A stretch of 58,091 nucleotides of DNA. It comes from Verrucomicrobiota bacterium (GTDB lineage Bacteria > Verrucomicrobiota > Verrucomicrobiia > Limisphaerales > JADLHS01). Within the stretch, counting starts at the first letter, position 1. Each line of letters starts with the position of its first letter. The stretch is taken from the NCBI GenBank assembly GCA_025350905.1, contig JANXWY010000202.1, positions 1-58,091 of the forward strand, given 5' to 3'. Below the pieces are notes generated by a model. The model saw only the letters and a program-made list of their open reading frames with translations, made no database searches and had not been told where the DNA came from. The translations under genes and the position numbers were made by a program. Below are positions 45,438-53,740 of this stretch, in pieces.

Positions 45438-46376
45438 TCATCGATAAACCGGCACGAGATAGGTTTCCACAAAGTCCGGCCCGGTCAGCTCCAGCTTCAC
45501 TTCGAATTCCCAGTAGATGGGTTTCGGCGCGTGGAAATTAGTCGGCAACACTTCCGCCGCCGGTAGGAAACTGAATTCGCGCGTCTTGCCGGGAAGCAAT
45601 TCGTCCGCAGGATCAAGCTGCCAGTTGCCACTCCAGATTTCCTCCTTCACCAGATAGGTGGAGTTATTCTTGCCCGTCTTGGTGGTTTCCCACCATTCCT
45701 GCAAACAACGCAAGGTGAAACTGCCTTTGACGGGTTTGCGGATCCCGTTGGGAGCCGGCCAGCGGATGAGAATGGGTTCGCGAATGGAATAGGGGAAGCG
45801 CGCGAAGTCTATCCGCGAACCGCTGAATCGCAGCGCGCGTGCCAGCGCGAGAAAGAAATTTCCCCAGACGAACACGAGTAGGAGGTCGAACAAACCGACA
45901 ATGCCCTTCACCATGAACGGGCCGTCTTTGCTGAAGAACGCCCACCAGTTGAAGATGGAAAGGAAAACGGTCAGCGCGATTGCGGAGACGAATGCTTTGA
46001 TGACCTTGCTCCAACGTGACGGCTGGTAGCCGCGCTTGTTCCAATCGTAATCCGCCAGCGCAATGGCTTCCGGGCCGCCACCGATTGTTTGCACCCGGCG
46101 ACGATTCCCGAAAAATTGTCGGATGGCCGCACTCCACAGGGCCAGTCCCGCACTGAAGAAGCATACCCCGCAGATTGTCAGCACCCAATACGGAGCGTGA
46201 ACGGATTGGGGTTCAACGTGAACCAGTCTGAGGCCGACCAAAATAATCCACGCGCCCATGCCAACGAAGGGCAGTCCAAAGAGAAGTCCACCGCCGGTGG
46301 AGATCGCCCATCGCGAACCGCGCTGGGTCATCTGGCCAGACAACCGGCGGCGTTGGTTGGATTCCTCGTAGCGCAT
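45438..46376 (-). CDS. four-TM membrane protein with C-terminal soluble domain, unknown function
   Basis: The ATG at 46376 is only 9 nt after the purB stop. There are four hydrophobic helices (for example GLLFGLPFVGMGAWIILVGL and IVGLFDLLLVFVWGNFFLALA). A beta-rich domain of about 135 aa follows. Spot GC is about 53%. Confidence 0.65.
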   Translation of the reverse strand: MRYEESNQRRRLSGQMTQRGSRWAISTGGGLLFGLPFVGMGAWIILVGLRLVHVEPQSVHAPYWVLTICGVCFFSAGLALWSAAIRQFFGNRRRVQTIGGGPEAIALADYDWNKRGYQPSRWSKVIKAFVSAIALTVFLSIFNWWAFFSKDGPFMVKGIVGLFDLLLVFVWGNFFLALARALRFSGSRIDFARFPYSIREPILIRWPAPNGIRKPVKGSFTLRCLQEWWETTKTGKNNSTYLVKEEIWSGNWQLDPADELLPGKTREFSFLPAAEVLPTNFHAPKPIYWEFEVKLELTGPDFVETYLVPVYR

Positions 46377-46385
46377 TGGCGCGGA

Positions 46386-47720
46386 TCAAAGCCCCAGTTT
46401 CTTGAACCGGTTATTCACTTCCTTGAAATGGAAGTCGAGAGAGCAGAGGGCTTCGAGTTCGCCTCTCTTGAAATGCTTCGCTACTTCCGGCGTGGCTTTG
46501 AGTTGCTGCACAAAGTCCGCGTCATCGCGGCCGGCGTGTTTGACCTCCCAGGTTTTCATCGCGGCATCCTGGCAGAGTTTGTAGGCGGCTTCGCGGGTGA
46601 GGCCTTTCTTGATGAGCGCGAGCAGGACGGTCTGGCTGTTCCACATGCCGAGCGAGAGACCGAGGTTCTTTTTCATGTTCGCGGGATAGACGACGAGGCC
46701 GTCCATCAGGCGCGTGAGCAGGCCGAACATGTAATCCAGCAGCGTGCAGCTATCGGGGAAGATGATGCGCTCGACGCTGCTGTGGCTGATGTCGCGCTCG
46801 TGCCAGAGGGCGACATTTTCCAGCGACGCCATGGCGTTGCCGCGCAGCACGCGGGCGAGACCGGTGAGGCGTTCCCAGGTGATGGGGTTGCGCTTGTGCG
46901 GCATGGCGCTGCTGCCTTTCTGACCGACGGTAAAGGCCTCTTCGGCTTCGAGGACTTCGGTGCGTTGCAAGTGGCGAAACTCCACCGCCCAGCGCTCGAT
47001 GCTCGCGCCGACGAGCGCCATCGCCAGTTGAAATTCCGCGTGGATATCGCGCTGGACGACTTGCGTGGCAATGGGCGCGGGGCGCAGTCCCAGTTTTTTG
47101 CAAACGTAGGCCTCGACGCGCGGTGAGAGATGGGCGCTGGTGCCAACGGCGCCGCTTAATTTTCCAACGGCAACGACTTCCCGGACGCGTTCGAGCCGTT
47201 CCAACGCGCGGCTAAATTCATCGTGCATCAATGCCAGCTTCAAACCAAACGTGGTGGGTTCACCATGAATGCCGTGGCTGCGGCCGATGCAGGGCGTGAA
47301 CTTGTGTTCCTTGGCCCGGCGGGCAATGACGGGCAGCAGCTTCTTCACATCGGCGATCAAGAGGTCCGCGCTCTGCGTCATTTGCAGTCCGTAGCAGGTG
47401 TCGCCTACATCGCTGCTCGTCAGGCCGAAATGAAACCACCGGCTCGCGTTGTCGTGGATCGCTTCGGCGACGGCGGTCGTAAAGCCAATGACGTCGTGAT
47501 TGAGAACTTTCTCCAGTTCGCGCTGGCGGGCGACGAGGCCCGGGAGGTCGGCGAACCATTGGTCGCAACCGGCTTTGATCTTCGCAAAATCCTTGGCGGG
47601 GACGACACCTTCCTTCACCAGCGCTTCGCTGGCGAGGAGTTCAATCTGCAACCAGATCTTGAGTTTGTTTTCGTCGGTCCAGAGGGCCCGCATTTCGGGG
47701 CGGGAATAGCGCGTAATCAT
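46386..47720 (-). CDS. purB: adenylosuccinate lyase
   Basis: It begins MITRYSRPEMRALWTDENKLKIWLQIELLASEA and contains the fumarate-lyase signature region GSSAMPHKRNP. Its length is 444 aa. Confidence 0.93.
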   Translation of the reverse strand: MITRYSRPEMRALWTDENKLKIWLQIELLASEALVKEGVVPAKDFAKIKAGCDQWFADLPGLVARQRELEKVLNHDVIGFTTAVAEAIHDNASRWFHFGLTSSDVGDTCYGLQMTQSADLLIADVKKLLPVIARRAKEHKFTPCIGRSHGIHGEPTTFGLKLALMHDEFSRALERLERVREVVAVGKLSGAVGTSAHLSPRVEAYVCKKLGLRPAPIATQVVQRDIHAEFQLAMALVGASIERWAVEFRHLQRTEVLEAEEAFTVGQKGSSAMPHKRNPITWERLTGLARVLRGNAMASLENVALWHERDISHSSVERIIFPDSCTLLDYMFGLLTRLMDGLVVYPANMKKNLGLSLGMWNSQTVLLALIKKGLTREAAYKLCQDAAMKTWEVKHAGRDDADFVQQLKATPEVAKHFKRGELEALCSLDFHFKEVNNRFKKLGL

Positions 47721-47843
47721 TGCTCAATTAAAAATGAAAAATGAAAAATTAAAAAGCACGAATCGCGCTCGAGCCGAGCGATGCAGGCAGCTCGCGGAGT
47801 TGTGGATCAGGACGAAAACCAGGTCCGGCTTCGAGAATCGGAA

Positions 47844-47901
47844 CGCCGTCTTCAGGCGGCAGGGGTCGTAGCCGGGAGCGGAGAGCCGCCTGAAGGCGGC
47901 G
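47844..47901. repeat. 17-bp-stem hairpin repeat between pilT and purB
   Basis: CGCCGTCTTCAGGCGGC (47844-47860) and GCCGCCTGAAGGCGGCG (47885-47901) are complementary at 16/17. The loop is 24 nt. Confidence 0.5.
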
Positions 47902-47986
47902 ATCCGAACGCAAACTGGATGCGACAACCTACCTCCGCCTTCACCCATATTTGAGCTCACAGCCGGCTCTGCCGGCGGGAGCAGGA

Positions 47987-49201
47987 TCACGTCAGCCGCT
48001 TGAACAATTCATTGAGTCCGCCTTCCACCGGTTCAATCTCAATCGGTCCACCAGCAGGCCTTGGTTTGGCTGGCCCACCAATTGAGGCGGGAAGTCGGAG
48101 CGTGGGTTTGGCGGCGGCCGGCGCCAAGATGGAAGCCGAGGTCAGGGTTTCGTTCATAGTCATTTCGTCTTCCCGATCGGGCGCTTCGTCTTCGGAATTT
48201 GGCACATGCCACTGGGTGCGCTTCGTCATCCAGGCCTGATAGCGTTCAAAGCTCCACATGCCATGTTCGGCTCCGGTTTCCAAGGCCTGCGGCAGCTTGA
48301 AGAAATCGCGATTCCGAATAAACGCCTTCACCGAATTCGTCGAGCGGAGAATTTCGCACTCGGGCACGCGCAGGTTCAGATCGGGCCGGAAACGCAGGCG
48401 CTGGCAAACGACCGCGACCAGCGAATCAGCCAATTGCGCCGCGATATTGCTTTGAATCTCCGACGGAAATGCCAGCACCACGCGCTGCAACGCCTCGGCA
48501 CACGTCCCGGAATGGACGGTCGCGAGCACCAGATGTCCGGTCTCCGCGGCGTTGAGGGTGAGCCGCATCGTTTCGGGCTCGCGCATTTCGCCGACCATTA
48601 ACACATCGGGATCTTCGCGCAACGCGTCCAGCAAGCCTTGTTCGAACGAGGGCGTGTCGCGGCCCACTTCGCGTTGGCGGATGAAGGCCCGGCGCGGCCG
48701 GAACACATGTTCGATGGGGCTTTCGACGGTCAGCACATGGCGCGATTCCGTGAGGTTGATTTCCTGAATCAACGCCGCGAGCGTGGACGACTTGCCACTG
48801 CCCGTGGCGCCGCTCACCAACACCAGGCCGGTCGTTGGGACGACCAACTTCTTTAGGTCCGGATGCAAGTTGAGCCGGTCGATGGTGGCTTGGAAACTCG
48901 TGAGCAGGCGGACGGCGAAGCCAACGCCGCGAGACGTGTGCAGGATATTGATGCGACAACGCACGCCGCCGATGGTGCGGGAAAAATCCGCCGAACGGCG
49001 CTCCATGAAATGTTGCCAGGCGTCCTCGCTCAGTACGCCCTGCGCAAACTCGAGCAGCAACTTACCGGACAGCGGTTCTCCGACGGACCGCAAGGCGCCG
49101 CGCAAGCGAAACGCCGCGGGCAAGCCAGGCTCGAGGTGCAAATCACTTGCTCCTTGCCGATTTGCGGCGGTGATCAAAGATTCGAGTGTCAGGGTTTCCA
49201 T
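47987..49201 (-). CDS. pilT: PilT/PilU-family type IV pilus retraction-type ATPase with C-terminal extension
   Basis: From the ATG at 49201 it reads METLTLESLITAANRQGASDLHLEPG. Walker A is VSGATGSGKSSTLAALI, Walker B/Asp box is DPDVLMVGEMRE, and the His box is GHLVLATVH. An extra Pro/Ala-rich C-terminal tail of about 80 aa follows. Confidence 0.85.
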   Translation of the reverse strand: METLTLESLITAANRQGASDLHLEPGLPAAFRLRGALRSVGEPLSGKLLLEFAQGVLSEDAWQHFMERRSADFSRTIGGVRCRINILHTSRGVGFAVRLLTSFQATIDRLNLHPDLKKLVVPTTGLVLVSGATGSGKSSTLAALIQEINLTESRHVLTVESPIEHVFRPRRAFIRQREVGRDTPSFEQGLLDALREDPDVLMVGEMREPETMRLTLNAAETGHLVLATVHSGTCAEALQRVVLAFPSEIQSNIAAQLADSLVAVVCQRLRFRPDLNLRVPECEILRSTNSVKAFIRNRDFFKLPQALETGAEHGMWSFERYQAWMTKRTQWHVPNSEDEAPDREDEMTMNETLTSASILAPAAAKPTLRLPASIGGPAKPRPAGGPIEIEPVEGGLNELFKRLT

Positions 49202-49315
49202 CGTGGTTATGGCTTTGTGACTACGCCGACTCCGGGTGAAAGCAGCCACCCATTCGGGCCGGCCGAGCATCCCGTTTGACGCCGGGCGTGATTCGTGGTT
49301 CAGGTTTCACTTCAC

Positions 49316-50965
49316 TCAATCGGGTTGTCGCGGCAAGGTGGCAACAAATTTTTCCCAAAGCCCGCGTTCGACGTAGAGCTCAAAATAGACACCCGGGCGC
49401 AACTCGTACAGGCCGGTCATGATCCATGCCTTGCTGGATTTTTCATCCAACAGCGCGTTCAATGTTGCGGAGACGAGGATGATGGGCGCATATGGATCCT
49501 CGGGAATTTTGTCCCACCAGCCCACGCGCTTGAGCGACCGTAAATACCACGGTAACGGCCAGTAGCTCTCGGGAGCGATCACCTTTACAACGGTTTCCGG
49601 TCCGGTCGTCGCCACGCGGGCCACTGCTTCGACGCGCGCCACCAACTGGCGGCAACCGTCGGTCGTCTGGGCATAGACGTAGGGATTACGCGGGTTGGCT
49701 GCCTGGGTCACCGCGGCCCGCCAAGCCTGCGCACCCAGGTGTCCAACCCCCAGCGCCAACGCCGCGAACAAAAGACACCGCTTCCAGGTGGATCGGCAAA
49801 CTCGGATCAGGGCCGCGGTGCCAATGCCCGCGAGCAGGATCATACCGAGCCAGAAATTCAACAGACACCATGGCGTCTTGTATGCGATCACGGAGTAAAT
49901 TCCAGTCAGCGCCAGCGTGTAGAACGCGAGGAAGCGCGCCAACGCGGGTTGAACGCGCAGCGCCGGGTTGTTGCAAAAGGCGGCCGCGCCGCCGCCGGCC
50001 GCGAGCACCAAAATTAACGCCTCGCTCCATACCGGACTTTTTGGCGGATGAAACCAGAGGAGGCGGGCGAGATAAAAGTTCCACGGATGAAGGTGCGGCG
50101 ACGCGCCGCCGGCGCGATGCAGCCACGGCCAGTAGGTTTTCAGCGAATCCACCAATCCGCCCGCGTTGGCAAAAAAGGAACTGAACAACACCAACCAGAT
50201 CGCGGCCGCAGCCAGCAAGGCGATGGCGATGTGTCGGGGCAGCGCTTGCTTGGTGTGCGGAGGAGCGCCGATCTCCGACCCGGCGCGGTGTGATGCTGAA
50301 CCGAAACCTGCCGGGTCGGAGACGGGCGCTCCGAATCCAGCCTCCGCCTGGCACGCTCGCCAGCGATTCCAAATGCGCGTCGCGATCAGCGCGAAGCCCA
50401 TCGCCGCCAGGCTGAGGACGAATGTTTCTTTGGTGGCAGACATCAAGCCGACTCCGGCACCCGTCAGCGCAGCCCAACCGGCACGGCGCGACCGCGCATA
50501 ACGCCAGCCGGCCGCCAGGGTGAGCAGCGTGAAGAACACCAGCAGCATTTCGTGGATGAAATAGCGGCTGTAAAAAACCATCGCGGGCGAAACCGCCAGG
50601 AACAAGGCGGCCCAAACGATCGCCACCGGGCCCAGACCGTCGGCCAGCAAGAGCAGGAGTAGAATCAGCCCGACGCCAAAGGCCACGGTCACGAGGCGAA
50701 GCGTGGCATCATCGGGACCGGCGGTCTTCGTCACCGGCGCCAGCCAAAGCACGGGCAGCGAACAATAGTACAGCGTGGGCCCGTGATACTCATCTGGGTC
50801 GTAGTGGTAGTCGCCCTTGGCCCAAAGGGCCGCGAGTTTGGTGGCATTGACCGCTTCGTCGTTGTGCAACGGACGAACGGCGAGTTGTGGAACACGCAGG
50901 GCGAGGGCGCCGGCGATCGCCAGCAGCATCGCCAGCAGCATCGCCAGTGCGCTCCAGCGGTTCAT
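49316..50965 (-). CDS. GT39/ArnT-like (TIGR03663-type) polytopic glycosyltransferase
   Basis: The N-terminal loop is RPLHNDEAVNA...DPDEYHGPTLYY, followed by more than 10 hydrophobic helices. The start overlaps the upstream gene's stop (ATGA at 50962-50965). Confidence 0.8.
   Translation of the reverse strand: MNRWSALAMLLAMLLAIAGALALRVPQLAVRPLHNDEAVNATKLAALWAKGDYHYDPDEYHGPTLYYCSLPVLWLAPVTKTAGPDDATLRLVTVAFGVGLILLLLLLADGLGPVAIVWAALFLAVSPAMVFYSRYFIHEMLLVFFTLLTLAAGWRYARSRRAGWAALTGAGVGLMSATKETFVLSLAAMGFALIATRIWNRWRACQAEAGFGAPVSDPAGFGSASHRAGSEIGAPPHTKQALPRHIAIALLAAAAIWLVLFSSFFANAGGLVDSLKTYWPWLHRAGGASPHLHPWNFYLARLLWFHPPKSPVWSEALILVLAAGGGAAAFCNNPALRVQPALARFLAFYTLALTGIYSVIAYKTPWCLLNFWLGMILLAGIGTAALIRVCRSTWKRCLLFAALALGVGHLGAQAWRAAVTQAANPRNPYVYAQTTDGCRQLVARVEAVARVATTGPETVVKVIAPESYWPLPWYLRSLKRVGWWDKIPEDPYAPIILVSATLNALLDEKSSKAWIMTGLYELRPGVYFELYVERGLWEKFVATLPRQPD
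50262..50332. repeat. 71-nt palindromic element inserted in frame in the GT39 CDS
   Basis: Arms are GGAGCGCCGATCTCCGACCCGGC (50262-50284) and GCCGGGTCGGAGACGGGCGCTCC (50310-50332), complementary at 21/23. It is translated as GAPVSDPAGFGSASHRAGSEIGAP in a loop between hydrophobic helices. Confidence 0.7.
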
Positions 50966-51660
50966 TTGACCGGCAAGGCGTAAATCTCGATTTCCTGCCA
51001 GCAGTTGAGCGCGCTGATGTTACCGCCCTTGGTGGAGCTGCGCACGTAGCGGGCTTTCACGCCCTTGGCGTCAAACACCCGGCCGAAATGACGTTCGAAG
51101 TATTCGCGATCCGTGCCGACCCCGAGGCCAGAAGTGTTATCGGTGTCGTTGTTGTACAAGGTCGTCACGCCGGTCTTGAACTCGGGATCGTCGGACGCTT
51201 GCAGGATCACGTCATGGATCACCTGGATGTAACGGTGATCATGCCAGATGGCGATGGCCTGCAGGCTGTACGGCGCGCCCAGATCCACCTGGATCCATTG
51301 CGTGCCCTTTTTCATTTCCAGGGTGTCGTAATCAAACGCTTCCTTCTTGCCATCGGTCAGTTGTTCAGCCTCGCCGCTGAACGGCTTCACACTCGTCGTT
51401 ACGGGTTTGTTGAGCGCGACATTTTTCACGCCTTTGGGGACGAGCAGGGCGGGACGGGGTTTGTCGGAATTCGGCTCGATGTTGGGCCCTTCGGGCAGTT
51501 GTTCGGGGGTGCCTTTGAGCGTCGGCGCGGGCAGTTCCAAAGCCAGCGGTTCCTTCGCCACCGCGTCGTCCGCCCGCACCGTGGCCACGAACCCGGCCGC
51601 GTTCAGCAAAATCGCCACGCCCAGCGCCGGGATCCAGTTTGTGTTTGAGATCGAGTTCAT
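50962..51660 (-). CDS. secreted discoidin (F5/8 type C)-like domain protein
   Basis: ATG at 51660 with signal-like MNSISNTNWIPALGVAILLNAAGFVATVRA. The blocks WIQVDLGAPYSLQAIAIWH and ...ARYVRSST...EIEIYALP resemble galactose-binding-domain-like folds. Confidence 0.6.
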   Translation of the reverse strand: MNSISNTNWIPALGVAILLNAAGFVATVRADDAVAKEPLALELPAPTLKGTPEQLPEGPNIEPNSDKPRPALLVPKGVKNVALNKPVTTSVKPFSGEAEQLTDGKKEAFDYDTLEMKKGTQWIQVDLGAPYSLQAIAIWHDHRYIQVIHDVILQASDDPEFKTGVTTLYNNDTDNTSGLGVGTDREYFERHFGRVFDAKGVKARYVRSSTKGGNISALNCWQEIEIYALPVK

Positions 51661-51773
51661 TTTAATATGAGTTAGTCCGCTGTCGTCCAATCTACCGAAT
51701 CGCGGTCCGTGCGACAATCAAAATACAGACGGCCCGCGCCGCTAAGTATTCAGCCAACCGGCAGGCCGCCCCT

Positions 51774-52520
51774 TTAGTGCGTGAGCGGCAACACGGCGGC
51801 GTGCAGTTGCCGCGCCAGCGCCTTGCGATCCCCGGCATGCTCGGTGATGACTGCGAACCGCACCCGCACCCGGACTTGCTTCCGCGACATCAAGCGCACC
51901 AGGTGCGGAAAAAAAGTCATGTCGCCCCAGTAACACACATCGTTCTCCACGGAGCCATCCGCCAGCGTGTACCCGATCCCCGCCACGGACAGCGGATGCA
52001 AGCTGCCCACGATCGGTTCGAGCAGTGACGATTTGAACGGCAGGAGCTCGCGGCCATTCCAACTGGTCCCTTCCGGGAACAGCACCACCACGTGGCCACC
52101 GGCGAGTACCGCGCGAATCTCCGCGCCCATCCGCGCCACATCACTGCGGCGGGCCCGCTCGACAAACAGCGTCCCCGCCAGCCGGCCGAACCACCCAAAG
52201 ACCGGCCAGTTTTTGATCTCGCTCTTGGAGACGAATACCGCGGGCAACAGCGTCGCCAGCACGAGGATGTCGAGATAACTCAGGTGATTACTGACGAGCA
52301 AACCGCTGGTGGGACGGGGACCTAGCGCCTCGATCTCCACACCAAACACCCGCAAGGCCCGGCGGCACGACCGTTGCAACCAGCGCGTCCGTTCCGGCAA
52401 CGGCAGCCCGCCGCCGTGACGCAGCGTACGGACTACGAAATCGCCCGTGACGAACAACAACACCCCGGCAAACCAGAGCGAACGAAACCCGAGCCGGAGA
52501 ATCCTCGCAACGAAGTCCAT
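51774..52520 (-). CDS. plsC: 1-acyl-sn-glycerol-3-phosphate acyltransferase
   Basis: It has the HxxxxD motif in LLVSNHLSYLDILVL, plus FPEGTS and an N-terminal TM segment. Confidence 0.85.
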   Translation of the reverse strand: MDFVARILRLGFRSLWFAGVLLFVTGDFVVRTLRHGGGLPLPERTRWLQRSCRRALRVFGVEIEALGPRPTSGLLVSNHLSYLDILVLATLLPAVFVSKSEIKNWPVFGWFGRLAGTLFVERARRSDVARMGAEIRAVLAGGHVVVLFPEGTSWNGRELLPFKSSLLEPIVGSLHPLSVAGIGYTLADGSVENDVCYWGDMTFFPHLVRLMSRKQVRVRVRFAVITEHAGDRKALARQLHAAVLPLTH

Positions 52521-52643
52521 GCCCCAGCGCTAACAGCAATCGCAACCGCAAACAAGTTCAACCCGGAGGAAATCCCCTGTTCACCGCCACATTTTCACGC
52601 TGCATCACTTGCTTCATGGGCCACCCTTCGTTATGGTTCGCCC

Positions 52644-53651
52644 ATGGTATTGAGAAAGTCTTTCCTCCTGGCGGCCCTGCTTACGGCCGGCCTGGGTGGC
52701 GCGCGGGCGGACGTGATTGAATTGAAAGACAAGGCAGCCGTCTCCGGCAAAATTCTCGCGGAAAAGCGCGACACGGTGATCGTGGATGTCGGCTACACGG
52801 CGCTGGTTATTCCACGCAGCGCCGTGACCAGGATTTCATTGGGCGATCCGACCGGAGCGTCGAAAGCGCCCGCCTTGGAATCCCGGCCCGTTCCGCCGGC
52901 AAAAATCGTGGCGCCCGAGACCGGGCCCAGCCCCGAAACGAGTCGGGGTATTTACCACGCCTCTATCAAAGCGGGGCCGGAACGCAGTGTGCGCGATCTG
53001 GTCAATCAACTCGGTGAGGCGGTGGTGCAAGTCCGCACGCCGGGCGCCTTGGGCTCTGGTTTCATCATCAACGAGGAAGGTTTCCTCATGACGAACTTCC
53101 ACGTGATCGAGGGCGAAACCCAGATTTCGATTGAGGTTTACCACCAGCAGAATGGCCAGTTGGAGCGCAAGACCTACAAGCAGGTGCGCATCGTGGCGAT
53201 GAACAAGTTCGCCGATCTCGCCCTGCTGAAGATCGAGGACAAGGATGCACCCCGGTTCAAATACATCCAGATCGGCAGCGCCGATGCCCTCGCGGTGGGC
53301 GAGCGCGTCTTCGCCATTGGCAGTCCGCTCGGACTGGAGCGCACGGTGACGGAAGGGATTCTCAGCACGAAGACACGGCAGATGGGCGGCGATCTTTATC
53401 TGCAGACCACGGCGCAGATCAATCCCGGCAACAGCGGCGGGCCGCTGTTCAATTTGAACGGCGAAGTCGTGGGCGTGACCAACATGAAGATCACCTTTGG
53501 CGAAGGTCTGGGTTTCGCCATCCCGTCCGAGACGGTGAAGTATTTCCTCGATCACCGCGACGCCTTTGCGTACGCGAACGACAACCCCAGCAATCCCTTT
53601 CGTTACCTCGAACCCCCCGGCCGCATGAAGCAAAAGGTGGCGACGGAATGA
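52644..53651 (+). CDS. S1C (HtrA/DegP-like) trypsin-fold serine protease without PDZ domain
   Basis: ATG at 52644 with signal MVLRKSFLLAALLTAGLGGARA. The catalytic triad context is TNFHVIEG, DLALLKI and NPGNSGGPLFN. Confidence 0.85.
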   Translation: MVLRKSFLLAALLTAGLGGARADVIELKDKAAVSGKILAEKRDTVIVDVGYTALVIPRSAVTRISLGDPTGASKAPALESRPVPPAKIVAPETGPSPETSRGIYHASIKAGPERSVRDLVNQLGEAVVQVRTPGALGSGFIINEEGFLMTNFHVIEGETQISIEVYHQQNGQLERKTYKQVRIVAMNKFADLALLKIEDKDAPRFKYIQIGSADALAVGERVFAIGSPLGLERTVTEGILSTKTRQMGGDLYLQTTAQINPGNSGGPLFNLNGEVVGVTNMKITFGEGLGFAIPSETVKYFLDHRDAFAYANDNPSNPFRYLEPPGRMKQKVATE

Positions 53652-53740
53652 ACCCACCGGGACCGCTCCCGGCTGGCCCCCTGCGGAATGGTGCACGCCT
53701 GGCCGTCCTTCGCGCGCCCCGACGCCCGCCGACTGCGAAA

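Noticed and set aside
44771-46459. The three purB-end copies might be integron attC sites or a conserved terminator RNA.
   Set aside because: No integron integrase or attI site is present, and the copies lack the attC inverted core-site architecture. The only internal pairing is a 4-bp stem (TTCC...GGAA). The similarity follows the purB codons, which fits duplicated gene ends better.
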